Part shown: positions 48,973-59,614 of the stretch, in pieces
How positions within the stretch are numbered: the stretch's first letter is position 1
Layout: every line of letters starts with the position of its first letter
Assembly: GCA_050246315.1 (NCBI GenBank)
Contig: JBFWWG010000009.1
Span: 96,001 to 160,000, forward strand
Direction: 5' to 3'
DNA from: Nitrospiraceae bacterium
GTDB lineage: Bacteria; Nitrospirota; Nitrospiria; Nitrospirales; Nitrospiraceae
DNA length: 64,000 nt
Translations under genes and position numbers: made by a program
Notes under the pieces: generated by a model
Told to the model about the DNA's origin: nothing
Seen by the model: the letters and a program-made list of their open reading frames with translations, nothing else
Databases searched by the model: none

Positions 48973-50097
48973 ATGAATATCGTCATTGCGGCAGGGGGGA
49001 CCGGCGGGCATCTGTATCCGGCGATCGCCCTCGCCAGGGAGTTTCAGCGGGTCAAACCCGGCGCCTCCGTGCTCTTTGTTGGAACGACCAGAGGAATGGA
49101 ATCGCGTGTGGTGCCGCACGAAGGGTTTCCGCTCCGAATGATCACCGCCAAGCCCTTCATGGGGATGGGGCGCCTCGGTGCGCTGAAGGCACTGGTGGCG
49201 CTGCCTGTGGGCGTCCGGGAGTCGGTGCAGTTGCTCAGAGAGCAGCGCACCGATCTGGTTATCGGAGTGGGAGGGTATACCTCTCCGGCGGTGTTGCTGG
49301 CGGCGGCGCTTTTGCGGCGCCCCACCGTGATCCTGGAACCCAATTCCTATCCGGGATTGGCCAACAAGCTGTTGGGTCCGTTGGTCCAGCGGATATTTCT
49401 GGCCTTCGGCTCAGCCGCCGAGTTTTTTCCTCAGGCCAAGGTGCGGGTCGTCGGGACGCCCCTTCGCCGAGAATTTGTCGAACCGCTTCATGCACAGACA
49501 CCAGGAAGTGAGGATGGGCGTATGCATCTGGTGATTTTCGGAGGCAGTCAGGGCGCCAAGGCCATTAACGCCGCGATGGTCGAAGCGCTCCCCTATTTGT
49601 CGGATCTGCGGGACCGTCTATTGATCACTCACCAGACCGGTGAGGCGGACCGGGAATCCGTGGCTCAGGGCTATGCGAAGTACCGATTCCGTGCGGACGT
49701 TCGGCCGTTTCTCTACGACATGCCGATGGTGCTTCGGTCGGCCGACCTGGTGGTGTCGCGGGCCGGCGCGATGACGATCGCGGAGCTGGCCGCCTGCGGC
49801 TGTCCGGCCATTCTTGTGCCGCTGCCCCAGGCCATTTACAACCATCAGGCGAAGAACGCTGCGGTGATGGAAACGGCGGGCGCCGCAATCGTCCTGCCGC
49901 AGTACGAATTATCCGGAGAGCGGACGGCATCCACCATTCGCAGCATCCTCACCAATTCACAGCGCCTCCAGGACATGCGAGCCCGGAGTCTGGCCTTACG
50001 GCGTGTGGACGCAGCCGGGCGTATCGTGGAGGAATGCCTGTCTCTGCTAGGGAGGTCTCATGAAGCCGATGAGTCTATTGGAGTCACGGGATCGTGA
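48973..50097 (+). CDS. murG: Lipid II GlcNAc transferase
   Basis: GGTGGHLYP, GGSQGA, SRAGAMT. Confidence 0.96.
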   Translation: MNIVIAAGGTGGHLYPAIALAREFQRVKPGASVLFVGTTRGMESRVVPHEGFPLRMITAKPFMGMGRLGALKALVALPVGVRESVQLLREQRTDLVIGVGGYTSPAVLLAAALLRRPTVILEPNSYPGLANKLLGPLVQRIFLAFGSAAEFFPQAKVRVVGTPLRREFVEPLHAQTPGSEDGRMHLVIFGGSQGAKAINAAMVEALPYLSDLRDRLLITHQTGEADRESVAQGYAKYRFRADVRPFLYDMPMVLRSADLVVSRAGAMTIAELAACGCPAILVPLPQAIYNHQAKNAAVMETAGAAIVLPQYELSGERTASTIRSILTNSQRLQDMRARSLALRRVDAAGRIVEECLSLLGRSHEADESIGVTGS

Positions 50098-50158
50098 TGG
50101 AGTCGAGATGCGCGAGCCGGGCAACGGCCGGCCGCTGAGACGGGGAGTCAGAACATCG

Positions 50159-51544
50159 ATGTTTCGTAAGATCCAACATATTCACCTTGTCGGAATCGGC
50201 GGCTCCGGGATGAGCGGGATTGCCGAAGTCCTCTTGACGCTCGGGTACCAGGTGACCGGGTCGGACCTGAACGCATCGGACACGACCAGGCGGTTGGAGG
50301 AACTTGGCGGACGGATCTTCATCGGCCACCAAGAATCCAACATCGGGCAGGCACAAGTGGTGGTCGTGTCCTCGGCGGTCTCTCCGGTCAATCCGGAAGT
50401 CTTGGCCGCCAAGGCGAGGCCGATCCCGGTGATTCCGCGGGCCGAGATGCTTGCCGAATTGATGCGGCTCAAGTACGGGATCGCCATCGCGGGCGCGCAC
50501 GGCAAGACCACCACCACCTCGATGGTGGCGAGCGTGCTGGCCGAGGGCGGACTCGATCCGACGGTGGTGATCGGCGGCAAGGTCAATGCCTTGGGCAGCC
50601 ATGCCAGGCTCGGGCGAGGCGAATTGCTGGTGGCGGAGGCCGACGAAAGTGACGGGTCATTTCTACGGCTCTCACCGTCGATCGTCGCTGTGACCAATCT
50701 CGATCGTGAACATCTTGATCACTACGGGTCGATGGAACGGATCACCGAGAGTTTTCTGGAATTCATCAACCGCATCCCCTTCTATGGATTGGCGGTGCTG
50801 TGTTTGGACGATGACCGCCTCCGCGGCTTACTCGGCGGTGTGGTCAAACGTTATCTGACCTACGGCCTGAAAGAGCATGAAGGCGTGGCGCCGCCCGATT
50901 ACCGTGCGACCGACATCGTACTGAAACAATGGGGGGCTGAATTCCGAGCCCACTTCCGGTCCAAGAATCTCGGGCCGTTCCGCCTGTGTATCCCGGGCAT
51001 TCACAACGTGTCGAACGCGCTCGCCGCCATCGCGATTGGGATTGAGTTGGACGTGCCGGTGGACTTGATCCGACGGGGGTTGGCCGCCTTCACAGGCGTC
51101 GAACGACGCTTTCACCTTCGAGGCGAGAAACATGGTGTGACCGTGGTGGACGACTACGGACACCATCCGACCGAGATCAAGGCCACGCTTGCGGCGGCCA
51201 AGCAGGGATGGAACCGGCGTCTGGTCGTGCTGTTCCAGCCGCATCGTTATACAAGAACGCGCGATCTGTTAAGTGAGTTCGCCGGCGCGTTCACCGACGC
51301 CGATGTGCTGCTCGTCACAGAGATTTATGCGGCGAGCGAGCAACCGATCCCGGGAGTGAGCGGCGAATGCCTGGTGGAAGCGACCCGGGCAGCCGGCCAT
51401 CCGAACGTCACCTATGTGCCGGTCAAACAGGACTTGCCGGACCGAACCGTGCCGTTGCTCCAACCGGGCGACATGGTGCTGACGCTGGGCGCAGGCGACA
51501 TCTGGAAGGCCGGCCTGGGTATCCTGGACCGTTTGCCGTCGTGA
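50159..51544 (+). CDS. murC: UDP-MurNAc--L-Ala ligase
   Basis: GIGGSGMSG, GAHGKTTT, EADESD, DDYGHHPTE, FQPHRY. Confidence 0.96.
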   Translation: MFRKIQHIHLVGIGGSGMSGIAEVLLTLGYQVTGSDLNASDTTRRLEELGGRIFIGHQESNIGQAQVVVVSSAVSPVNPEVLAAKARPIPVIPRAEMLAELMRLKYGIAIAGAHGKTTTTSMVASVLAEGGLDPTVVIGGKVNALGSHARLGRGELLVAEADESDGSFLRLSPSIVAVTNLDREHLDHYGSMERITESFLEFINRIPFYGLAVLCLDDDRLRGLLGGVVKRYLTYGLKEHEGVAPPDYRATDIVLKQWGAEFRAHFRSKNLGPFRLCIPGIHNVSNALAAIAIGIELDVPVDLIRRGLAAFTGVERRFHLRGEKHGVTVVDDYGHHPTEIKATLAAAKQGWNRRLVVLFQPHRYTRTRDLLSEFAGAFTDADVLLVTEIYAASEQPIPGVSGECLVEATRAAGHPNVTYVPVKQDLPDRTVPLLQPGDMVLTLGAGDIWKAGLGILDRLPS

Positions 51545-51553
51545 GCTGCCGTC

Positions 51554-52507
51554 ATGAGCCACGGCCCCGGAAGGGTGCGATCGCGAAAAACGACGGGACT
51601 GACTCCGTCGGGATTGGACTTGAAATCGGCGCTCGATGGGGTGCGAGGAGAGATTCGGTTCAATGTTCCGCTCAAGACGTTCACCTCTTTCAAGATCGGA
51701 GGTCCGGCCGACGCATTCGTGACACCAGCGGACGAGGAGGATGTCGCGCGGCTCTCTCGTCAGGCCCATTGCCTGCGGATTCCGGTGTTCGTGCTGGGCG
51801 GCACGAACGTGTTGATTCGCGACGGAGGGGTTCGCGGCATCGTTGTCGGGCTTTCGCAGCTCAAGACCGTCCGGCTCGAAGCCGGCCATGTGCTCTATGC
51901 GGAGGCCGGAGTCGGCATGCCGACTCTGATCAAGCGGGCCATCACGCTGGGATTGAGCGGGTTGGAGTGGGCCGCGGGGATTCCCGGAACCGTCGGAGGT
52001 TGTGTCGTGATGAATGCCGGCACCAGGCTTGGTGAGATGAAGGATGTCCTGTCCGGCGTACGGATGGCGTTTCCGGACGGCAGTCTCCGCGATTTGGTCA
52101 GAGCGGAGATCGGATTTGAGTACCGGCGCGCACTCTTGCCGGAGGGGATCGTGGTGGGAGCCCGACTTCAGTTGAAACCGGCTTCGAAGGGGGAGATCGA
52201 GCGTGTCGTGAAAGACTACTTGCGGTACCGGAAAGCCACGCAGCCGCTGACCGAGCCCAATGCCGGCTGCGTGTTCAAGAATCCGGGCCCCCGGACGGCC
52301 GGCCAATTGGTCGAGGCGGCCGGCCTCAAGGGAGAGAAAGTGGGAGGGGCGCAGGTCTCAACCAAACACGCGAACTTCATCGTCAACACCGGTCGGGCCT
52401 CCGCGTCGGATGTGCTGGCGTTGATCCGGTTGGTCCAGGAGCGGGTCAAGAAAGCCAGCGGCGTGGAGTTGCAACTTGAGCTGAAGGTTGTCGGGGAAGG
52501 CTCATGA
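51554..52507 (+). CDS. murB: UDP-N-acetylenolpyruvoylglucosamine reductase
   Basis: TSFKIGGPA, GIPGTVGG...MNAG, GCVFKNP, KHANFIVN. Confidence 0.95.
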   Translation: MSHGPGRVRSRKTTGLTPSGLDLKSALDGVRGEIRFNVPLKTFTSFKIGGPADAFVTPADEEDVARLSRQAHCLRIPVFVLGGTNVLIRDGGVRGIVVGLSQLKTVRLEAGHVLYAEAGVGMPTLIKRAITLGLSGLEWAAGIPGTVGGCVVMNAGTRLGEMKDVLSGVRMAFPDGSLRDLVRAEIGFEYRRALLPEGIVVGARLQLKPASKGEIERVVKDYLRYRKATQPLTEPNAGCVFKNPGPRTAGQLVEAAGLKGEKVGGAQVSTKHANFIVNTGRASASDVLALIRLVQERVKKASGVELQLELKVVGEGS

Positions 52508-52544
52508 TGCCGCCTCAACCATCGTCTGACATGAGAGGGACTTC

Positions 52545-53492
52545 ATGCCGTTGACCACAGCGCGAGTCGGCGTGCTCATGGGAGGCCAGTCCGCGGAGCG
52601 GGACGTCTCCCTGCGCACTGGACAGGCCGTCCAGCAGGCTCTGGTCCGTCTGGGCTATGACGTGGTCGCCATCGACGTCGGCCCAAACGTTGTGAGGGAT
52701 TTGCATGAGCTGAAGGTAGGGTTGGCTTTCATCGCTCTCCATGGACCGGGAGGCGAGGACGGTACCATGCAGGGGTTGCTCGAAACGCTCGCCATTCCCT
52801 ACACGGGCTCTGGGGTGCGCGCGAGTGCGGTCGCCATGCATAAGGTGCTGACAAAGGTGGTCCTGGCCTCGCAGGACATTCCGGTTCCGCCTGGAGCGGT
52901 CGTGGTCAAAGGAAGGGCCAAGGGAAAACGACCTCCTCTACCGCACGGGTTGAAATGGCCCGTGGTCGTGAAGCCGGCCACGCAGGGATCTACGATCGGC
53001 GTGAGTATCGTCCGCCAGCCGGCCGCATGGATGGAAGCCTTGGAACTGGCCCATCGGTACGACGACGAGGCGGTGGTAGAGGCCTTTATCGACGGCCATG
53101 AGATCACGGTCGGCGTGCTTCGCTCCGCCGCAACCCTTCAAGCCTTGCCGGCGGTTGAGATCGCCGCGCCGGAGGGCTTCTACGATTTCTCGGCCAAGTA
53201 TCAAAAGGGGCAGACTCGGTACCTCTGCCCGGCCCCGTTGACCGGTAAGATCGCACGCGAGGTGCGCGACCTGGCCGTTCGATCGTACGAGACGATCGGC
53301 TGCGAGGGCGCCGCGCGGGTGGATTTTCGTGTGACCCCGAAAGGCAAACCTTATGTATTGGAGATCAACACGGTTCCGGGGATGACGGAAACCAGCCTGT
53401 TGCCGATGGCGGCGGCGCAGGCCGGCATCGACTACGATCGGTTGACGGAGCGGATTCTGGAGTCGGCGCTTGCCCGCTGCAAGCGGGCGTGA
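52545..53492 (+). CDS. ddl: D-alanine--D-alanine ligase
   Basis: GGQSAERDVS, LHGPGGEDG, YDFSAKY, EINTVPGMT. Confidence 0.96.
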   Translation: MPLTTARVGVLMGGQSAERDVSLRTGQAVQQALVRLGYDVVAIDVGPNVVRDLHELKVGLAFIALHGPGGEDGTMQGLLETLAIPYTGSGVRASAVAMHKVLTKVVLASQDIPVPPGAVVVKGRAKGKRPPLPHGLKWPVVVKPATQGSTIGVSIVRQPAAWMEALELAHRYDDEAVVEAFIDGHEITVGVLRSAATLQALPAVEIAAPEGFYDFSAKYQKGQTRYLCPAPLTGKIAREVRDLAVRSYETIGCEGAARVDFRVTPKGKPYVLEINTVPGMTETSLLPMAAAQAGIDYDRLTERILESALARCKRA

Positions 53493-54367
53493 CGCGAACG
53501 GAGCACACCACCGTGTTCAGGCATCGTAAATCCAAGCGACCGACGGAACCGCGGGAGAACCAGAAGCGGGGTTTGGGCGGTCAAGCCGGCTCCCTGCGAG
53601 CAGGCACTCGTTCATTGGTCCGGCTCCTACTTGGGACGACGAAACTCGTGGCCGTGCTCGGATTGCTTGTGTTGGCCGGTTGGTGCGGCTCGCTCCTGTG
53701 GCGCCATGCCGGCCCCTGGATGGCTGAGCTATTCCGCGTCCGCGAGATTGTCGTCGTCGGTCTCCACCAGATCACGCGCGCCGAAGTTGTGACGAGGCTC
53801 AGGCTGGACAACCAGGCGGTCCTCTACGAGATCGAGCCGGAGAAGCTCGTCGATCGATTGCGCACACATCCCTGGATTCGACATGCGGAGGTGACCAGAT
53901 TGCCGCTTCACCAGGTGCAGGTCACGATTGTGGAGCGTCGGCCGGCCGCCGTCGTGCAACGGTCCGAGGTCAACGTGTTGGTGGATGAGGAAGGGCACAT
54001 CCTCAAATGGCTGGGTCGCGTCGATGAGCCCTCGCTCCCCCTGTGCGTCGGTGTCGAGCCCAGAAACCTCGCACAGGGCGCGGGCCGCGAACGGCGGACG
54101 GTCAAGGCGGCGGTGACGCTTGCGGGGATCTTGGCCGAGACCACGAGTGATCGGATCGTCATCGATGCGACGAATCCGGCCAATCTGGTCGCGACGGTCA
54201 AGGATTTGCGCCTGTCGTTCGGCAACGCCGGTTTTCAAGAAAAATGGAGTCTGTACGCCCGGCTCAGGCCGAATTTGGCCTTCGAACATCGCGCCGTTGG
54301 CGACCCGTCGCCCGTCGATGTGGATCTTCGGTTCGCCGGCCGCGTGATCGTGCGAGAAAGGGGGTAG
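53489..54367 (+). CDS. ftsQ: Cell division protein FtsQ/DivIB
   Basis: TM helix, POTRA-like HPWIRHAEV...IVERRP, VDLRF; position before ftsA. Confidence 0.88.
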   Translation: MTRTEHTTVFRHRKSKRPTEPRENQKRGLGGQAGSLRAGTRSLVRLLLGTTKLVAVLGLLVLAGWCGSLLWRHAGPWMAELFRVREIVVVGLHQITRAEVVTRLRLDNQAVLYEIEPEKLVDRLRTHPWIRHAEVTRLPLHQVQVTIVERRPAAVVQRSEVNVLVDEEGHILKWLGRVDEPSLPLCVGVEPRNLAQGAGRERRTVKAAVTLAGILAETTSDRIVIDATNPANLVATVKDLRLSFGNAGFQEKWSLYARLRPNLAFEHRAVGDPSPVDVDLRFAGRVIVRERG

Positions 54368-54370
54368 CGC

Positions 54371-55612
54371 GTGCCCAAACGAGAACAAATCCTAGTGGGG
54401 CTTGATATCGGCACCACCAAGATCTGCGCGATCGTGGCCGAGATCACGGAAACCGGCTCGCTGAATGTCATCGGGGTGGGGTCGAGCCCGTCGCGCGGCC
54501 TTCGCAAAGGGGTGGTGGTCAATATCGAGAGCACGGTGGAATCGATCAAGAAGGCTGTGGACGATGCCGAGTTGATGGCGGGAGTCGAGATCCATTCGGT
54601 CTATACCGGCATCGCGGGCGGTCACATTGCCGGCGAGAACTGTAAGGGCGTCGTCGTGCTGAAGAAACAGGAAGTGACGCGCGAGGACGTGCAACGGGCG
54701 ATCGATAGCGCCAGGACCATGGCGGTGATCCCCCAGGAGCGGCGCGTGCTCCATGTCTTGCCGCGCGAATTCATGGTGGACGATCAAGACGGGATCCGCG
54801 ACCCCGTCGGCCTTCTGGGAACCCGCCTGGAGGTCAATGTGCACATCATCACGGGCGCTGTCACCTCCGCGCAGAATCTCATCAAGGGCGTCAATCGGGC
54901 GGGCTTGGATGTCGTGGACATCGTGCTCCAGCCGCTGGCCTCCAGTGAAGCGGTGTTGAGCCCCGAGGAGAAGGAACTGGGCGTGGCGATGGTGGACTTC
55001 GGCGGCGGGACGACCGACTTGGCCATCTTCCTGGACGGGAGCGTGCGCCACACGGCGGTGCTGCCGCTCGGCGGACAGAATCTGACCAAGGATCTGGCGA
55101 TCGGTCTGCTGACTTCACAGAGCGAAGCGGAGAAGATCAAGCTCCAATACGGCATCGCCAGGGCGGATCTGCTTCAGGGGCACCAGATGGTCGAGGTGCC
55201 GTCGGTCGGCGAGCGCCCGGCGCGCATGTTCACGCGCCGCGACATCGCCGACATCCTTGAGCCGCGCGTCGAGGAGATGTTCGAGCTGGTTCGGCGTGAA
55301 ATCGCCCGCGCGGGCTATGAAGGCATGCTCGGCGCCGGCGTCGTGCTCACCGGGGGAACGTCTTTGCTGGAAGGGATGCTGGATGCAGCGGAAAAACTGC
55401 TCAATCTGCCGGCTCGGCGCGGGGTCCCGGGCGGCGTCGGAGGGCTCCGGGATATCGTCAGCAATCCAATCTATTCGACCGGTGTGGGGCTGTTGCTGCA
55501 TGCTCGCCAACATGCGGAAGCGCAGGAACTCGCCGGGATTGGTAGCGGAGGGCCGATCAAGGGGGCGCTCAGCAGACTCGTGGGGAAGCTGACCGACATC
55601 TTTCTAACCTAG
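54371..55612 (+). CDS. ftsA: Cell division protein FtsA
   Basis: [22 protein letters not shown]. Confidence 0.97.
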   Translation: MPKREQILVGLDIGTTKICAIVAEITETGSLNVIGVGSSPSRGLRKGVVVNIESTVESIKKAVDDAELMAGVEIHSVYTGIAGGHIAGENCKGVVVLKKQEVTREDVQRAIDSARTMAVIPQERRVLHVLPREFMVDDQDGIRDPVGLLGTRLEVNVHIITGAVTSAQNLIKGVNRAGLDVVDIVLQPLASSEAVLSPEEKELGVAMVDFGGGTTDLAIFLDGSVRHTAVLPLGGQNLTKDLAIGLLTSQSEAEKIKLQYGIARADLLQGHQMVEVPSVGERPARMFTRRDIADILEPRVEEMFELVRREIARAGYEGMLGAGVVLTGGTSLLEGMLDAAEKLLNLPARRGVPGGVGGLRDIVSNPIYSTGVGLLLHARQHAEAQELAGIGSGGPIKGALSRLVGKLTDIFLT

Positions 55613-55662
55613 CCATCAGTGGGAACGGAAGCCCGGGATACTTCCGAGAGGGAGGGAGCCAC

Positions 55663-56856
55663 ATGTTTTCATTTCAAGAGGATCTTCTGTCCCCCGTGCA
55701 CATCAAGGTCTTCGGCGTCGGCGGAGCCGGGTGCAACGCGGTCAATACGATGATTCACTCCGGCCTGAGCCGGGTGGAGTTCATCGCCGCCAACACGGAC
55801 GTGCAGGCGCTGGAACGGTCGCAGGCGGCCTTCAAGATCCAATTGGGACCGGAGCGGACGCGCGGGCTCGGCGCCGGGGCAAGACCGGAAATCGGCAAAG
55901 ACGCAGCCTTGGAAAGCAAGGACCAGATCCGCGAAGCGATGCAAGGGGCGGATATGGTCTTCGTCACGGCCGGCATGGGCGGCGGCACCGGCACAGGGGC
56001 GGCGCCCATCGTGGCGAGTGTGGCCCGGGAACTGGGTATCCTGACCGTCGGCGTCGTCACGAAACCCTTCCAGTTCGAAGGGCATCGGCGGATGAGTCAT
56101 GCGGAAGAAGGGTTGCGGGACCTGCGCCGCCACGTGGACACGCTGCTGATTATTCCCAATCAGCGGTTGCTGGCTATCGTGGATAAGGCGACGCCGCTTT
56201 TGGATGCGTTCAAGGTGGCGGACGATGTCCTGCGGCAGGCGATTCAAGGCATCGCGGACGTGATTACGACCACCGGCCATGTCAACGTGGACTTTGCGGA
56301 CGTGCGCACCGTGATGGCCCACACCGGACGGGCGGTCATGGGGATGGGACGGGCCTGTGGCGCCAATCGTGCGGTCGAAGCCGCCCATAAGGCGATCAAC
56401 AGCCCGCTGCTGGAAGACGGAACGGTGGAGGGAGCCAAGGGCGTGCTGCTGAACATCACCGGCGGTGCCGACCTCTCGCTGCACGAGGTGGACGAAGCGG
56501 CGTCGATCATCAAGGAGGCGGCAGACGCGGAAGCCAACATCATCGTCGGACAGGTGATCAATCAGGAGATAGGGGATGAGCTGGTGGTGACGGTGATCGC
56601 GACGGGCTTCGAGCACGGGGAGGACGGAGCCAAGATTCCCGTTTCGTCAGATCGGGCCGCGACGCGTCCGGTTCGGACGGGACAGCAGGTGCTGGCGGCG
56701 GTCTCTACCGGAGGGAATGAGAAGCCTGTTAGGGATTTGGATCGTCCGGCGTTTCTCCGAAAGCTGAGCGAACAGCGGGATCTCAAGGAACGAGTGGGGT
56801 TACTGCCGGATGACGAGTGGGATGTGCCGACGTTCTTGCGGAAGCAGGCGGATTAG
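55663..56856 (+). CDS. ftsZ: Cell division protein FtsZ
   Basis: [37 protein letters not shown] tail. Confidence 0.98.
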   Translation: MFSFQEDLLSPVHIKVFGVGGAGCNAVNTMIHSGLSRVEFIAANTDVQALERSQAAFKIQLGPERTRGLGAGARPEIGKDAALESKDQIREAMQGADMVFVTAGMGGGTGTGAAPIVASVARELGILTVGVVTKPFQFEGHRRMSHAEEGLRDLRRHVDTLLIIPNQRLLAIVDKATPLLDAFKVADDVLRQAIQGIADVITTTGHVNVDFADVRTVMAHTGRAVMGMGRACGANRAVEAAHKAINSPLLEDGTVEGAKGVLLNITGGADLSLHEVDEAASIIKEAADAEANIIVGQVINQEIGDELVVTVIATGFEHGEDGAKIPVSSDRAATRPVRTGQQVLAAVSTGGNEKPVRDLDRPAFLRKLSEQRDLKERVGLLPDDEWDVPTFLRKQAD

Positions 56857-56898
56857 GATTGGGTTGGCGGGCGTGCTTCAGCGTGGCACAATGAGCCG

Positions 56899-57687
56899 GT
56901 GAGCCGCACATCGATGATCACCCTGTCCGCCTTCGCCTCGAACGGAGACCGTCTGCATCATTTCTTCGGGACGCGCCACACGGCGCAGCTTCTTCCCGGT
57001 GAGCACGGCGATCGTGAGGTGGAGATCCTGGCCCACCGCATCACGCAGGACGTGGTGTCGCGGCAGGACGGATCGTTGGCCGAGCTCATCCATGAGTGCC
57101 GATTCGTGGCCGTCAAACAGGTCCATGGGACGGATGTCCTCGCAGTTGATGAACAGGCGCCAAACCGCGAGCTGCTGGAGCAGGGGTGGGATGCCCTAAT
57201 CACGGACGAACCGCGGCTCTGCCTCACGATCAAGACGGCCGACTGCGTGCCGGTTCTGTTATTCGATCCCGTCCGCCGCGTCATCGGCGCCATTCATGCG
57301 GGCTGGCGCGGAACCCTCGCAGCCGTTGTTCCCAAAACCATCGACACCATGTGCGAGCGGTACGGAAGTCGGGCTCAGACCCTGCGGGTGGCGATCGGGC
57401 CGTCGGCCGCCTCCTGCTGTTACGAAGTCGATGAGCCGGTGTTGAGTCGCCTTCGCGACGTCTTTCCCGACTGGTCTTCGGTTGTACGACCGACCGGCGT
57501 CAACCGAGCGACGCTTGATTTGCGCCGAGTGATCCGCCGCCAGGCCGAAAGAGCCGGCGTGGGGACGGAGTCTATTTCCGCGGCCGACCACTGCACGATT
57601 TGCGAGCCGGACCGCTTCTATTCATATCGACGAGAGGGGAGTGTCCGGGGTACGATGATCAGCGGCATTGCCCTGCGGGCGCGGTAA
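56899..57687 (+). CDS. pgeF: PgeF/YfiH family protein
   Basis: QVHG, TADCVPV, HAGWRG, YSYRR. Confidence 0.93.
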   Translation: MSRTSMITLSAFASNGDRLHHFFGTRHTAQLLPGEHGDREVEILAHRITQDVVSRQDGSLAELIHECRFVAVKQVHGTDVLAVDEQAPNRELLEQGWDALITDEPRLCLTIKTADCVPVLLFDPVRRVIGAIHAGWRGTLAAVVPKTIDTMCERYGSRAQTLRVAIGPSAASCCYEVDEPVLSRLRDVFPDWSSVVRPTGVNRATLDLRRVIRRQAERAGVGTESISAADHCTICEPDRFYSYRREGSVRGTMISGIALRAR

Positions 57688-57753
57688 GAGGAGATTCGGA
57701 AAGGGACGCGTCCTGCGTTCGCAAGCCGATGATGGATTCACCTGAGAGAGGCC

Positions 57754-58482
57754 GTGGTCACCGCTGAGTCCGGTGCTAGCGAGCCGGCGATAGCCGACGC
57801 ACTCCATCGCATCAGACGGACGATGGAGGCAGCGGCGACGCGGGTCGGACGGAACCCGGGGACGATTCGCTTGCTCGGCGCGACCAAATCAGTGGACATT
57901 GCCAGAATCCGAGCGGCCATCCACGCGGGGCTCACACTCTGCGGAGAAAATCGGGTTCAGGAAGCGCTGCCGAAAATGGAATCGCTCCGGGGGCTGCCTA
58001 TCGAATGGCATTTTATCGGGCGGTTGCAGCGGCGGAAGGTCAAGAGCGTCGTCGGGCGATTCAGCCTGATCCAGTCGGTCGAAAGTCTCGAATTGGCGGA
58101 AGAGATTCAACGGCGCAGCGAAGAGGCCGGAGTCGATCAGCCGGTTCTCCTCGAGGTCAACATCGCGAGCGAAGCCAGCAAGGGAGGCTTCGAGCCCGGT
58201 GCACTTGAGCAGGCCATCCCGGAGTTGCTGGTGATGCGGCGATTGCGCATCAGGGGGCTCATGACGATCCCACCGTTCGAGGATGATTCGGAACGGGCCC
58301 GTCCCTATTTTCTGAGATTGCGGGAGCTCTCGCATTCGCTGACCCGCTCTGAATGGCCGACTGTGAGCATGGCGGAGCTTTCTATGGGTATGTCCCATGA
58401 CTATGACGTCGCGATCGAGGCAGGAGCGACCCTGGTGCGGATTGGGGCCGCTCTTTTTGGGATGAGGGCACAGCCACAGTGA
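57754..58482 (+). CDS. yggS: PLP homeostasis protein
   Basis: GATKS, GENRVQE, WHFIGRLQ, LSMGMSHD, LVRIG. Confidence 0.95.
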   Translation: MVTAESGASEPAIADALHRIRRTMEAAATRVGRNPGTIRLLGATKSVDIARIRAAIHAGLTLCGENRVQEALPKMESLRGLPIEWHFIGRLQRRKVKSVVGRFSLIQSVESLELAEEIQRRSEEAGVDQPVLLEVNIASEASKGGFEPGALEQAIPELLVMRRLRIRGLMTIPPFEDDSERARPYFLRLRELSHSLTRSEWPTVSMAELSMGMSHDYDVAIEAGATLVRIGAALFGMRAQPQ

Positions 58483-59297
58483 TTCAACCCGACCGGCATG
58501 AGCGCCTTGCGCTGATTGGAGGCGGCCAGATGGCCGAAGCCTTGATCGGTGGATTGTTGGCGGCCGGGACGTGGAAGCCGGACCGAATCATAGCCACTGA
58601 TCCCAGTCGAGCGCGCCGTGAAGTTCTTCATAACCGGTTCGGCGTGACGGTCGGGACGGACAATCGGGAGGCAGTCGCAGGCGCACGGGCGGTGATTCTG
58701 GCTGTCAAGCCTCAGGTCCTGGCGGACGTGCTGGAGGAGCTTCGGTCGGGATGGGACAACCAGCTTGTGATTTCCATTGCAGCCGGCATCCGGCTCGCTT
58801 GGCTCAGAGAACGGATGCCGGCCGGTGTCCGGCTCATCCGCGTGATGCCCAATGCGCCGGCATTGGTGGGCGCGGGCATGTCGGTTCTGGCCTTGCATGA
58901 GAGCGCGACGAGGGAGGACGAACGACTGGCTTTTGGCTTGTTCGAATCAGTGGGTCGCGCGGTTGTCCTTCAAGAAGACCTTTTGGACGCGGTGACGGGG
59001 TTGAGCGGCAGCGGGCCGGCCTATGTCTGCGTGGCGCTGGAGGCGCTGTCCGACGGAGGAGTCAAGATGGGCTTGCCGAGGGAGTCGGCACAACGGTGGG
59101 CCGCACAGGCTGCCATGGGAGCGGCGGCGCTGATGCTCACCTCCGATCCGGCGGAATCCTGTTGGCAGGAAACCGTCCTTGCCGATTGTCCTCCTGCGTC
59201 GCGAGGGATCGAGGTGTTGAGGCGAGCTCAGGCGGGATCGGCGTTGAGCCATGCGGTCGAGGCCGCGACGAGCCGCTCGCGAGAATTGGGGGTCTGA
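58479..59297 (+). CDS. proC: Pyrroline-5-carboxylate reductase-like protein with divergent C-terminus
   Basis: IGGGQMA, LAVKPQ, SIAAG, RVMPN, TGLSGSGPAY; the SPGGTT motif is absent. Confidence 0.85.
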   Translation: MIQPDRHERLALIGGGQMAEALIGGLLAAGTWKPDRIIATDPSRARREVLHNRFGVTVGTDNREAVAGARAVILAVKPQVLADVLEELRSGWDNQLVISIAAGIRLAWLRERMPAGVRLIRVMPNAPALVGAGMSVLALHESATREDERLAFGLFESVGRAVVLQEDLLDAVTGLSGSGPAYVCVALEALSDGGVKMGLPRESAQRWAAQAAMGAAALMLTSDPAESCWQETVLADCPPASRGIEVLRRAQAGSALSHAVEAATSRSRELGV

Positions 59298-59593
59298 TGT
59301 TCGTCCTCGGCAATGTCCTGCAGGGGTTGGCGACGATTCTGAGCTGGGTGCTGACGATGTATCAATGGATCATCATCGCGCGCGCGTTGATCTCCTGGGT
59401 GAATCCCGATCCGTGGAATCCCATCGTCCAGTTCTTGGAACGGGCGACCGAGCCGGTCCTGGCCCCGATTCGCAGCCTGCTGGGTTGGCGCATGGGGATC
59501 GATATTTCTCCGCTGGTTGCGATCTTCGCGATTATCTTCCTACAATATGCACTGGTTGCGACGCTTCAGGATGTGGCCGTCCGACTTCGTTGA
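59297..59593 (+). CDS. yggT: YggT family membrane protein
   Basis: ALISWVNPDPWNPIVQFL..TEPVLAPIR..IDISP. Confidence 0.93.
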   Translation: MFVLGNVLQGLATILSWVLTMYQWIIIARALISWVNPDPWNPIVQFLERATEPVLAPIRSLLGWRMGIDISPLVAIFAIIFLQYALVATLQDVAVRLR

Positions 59594-59614
59594 TCACCGG
59601 CACGAGGTAGATCC

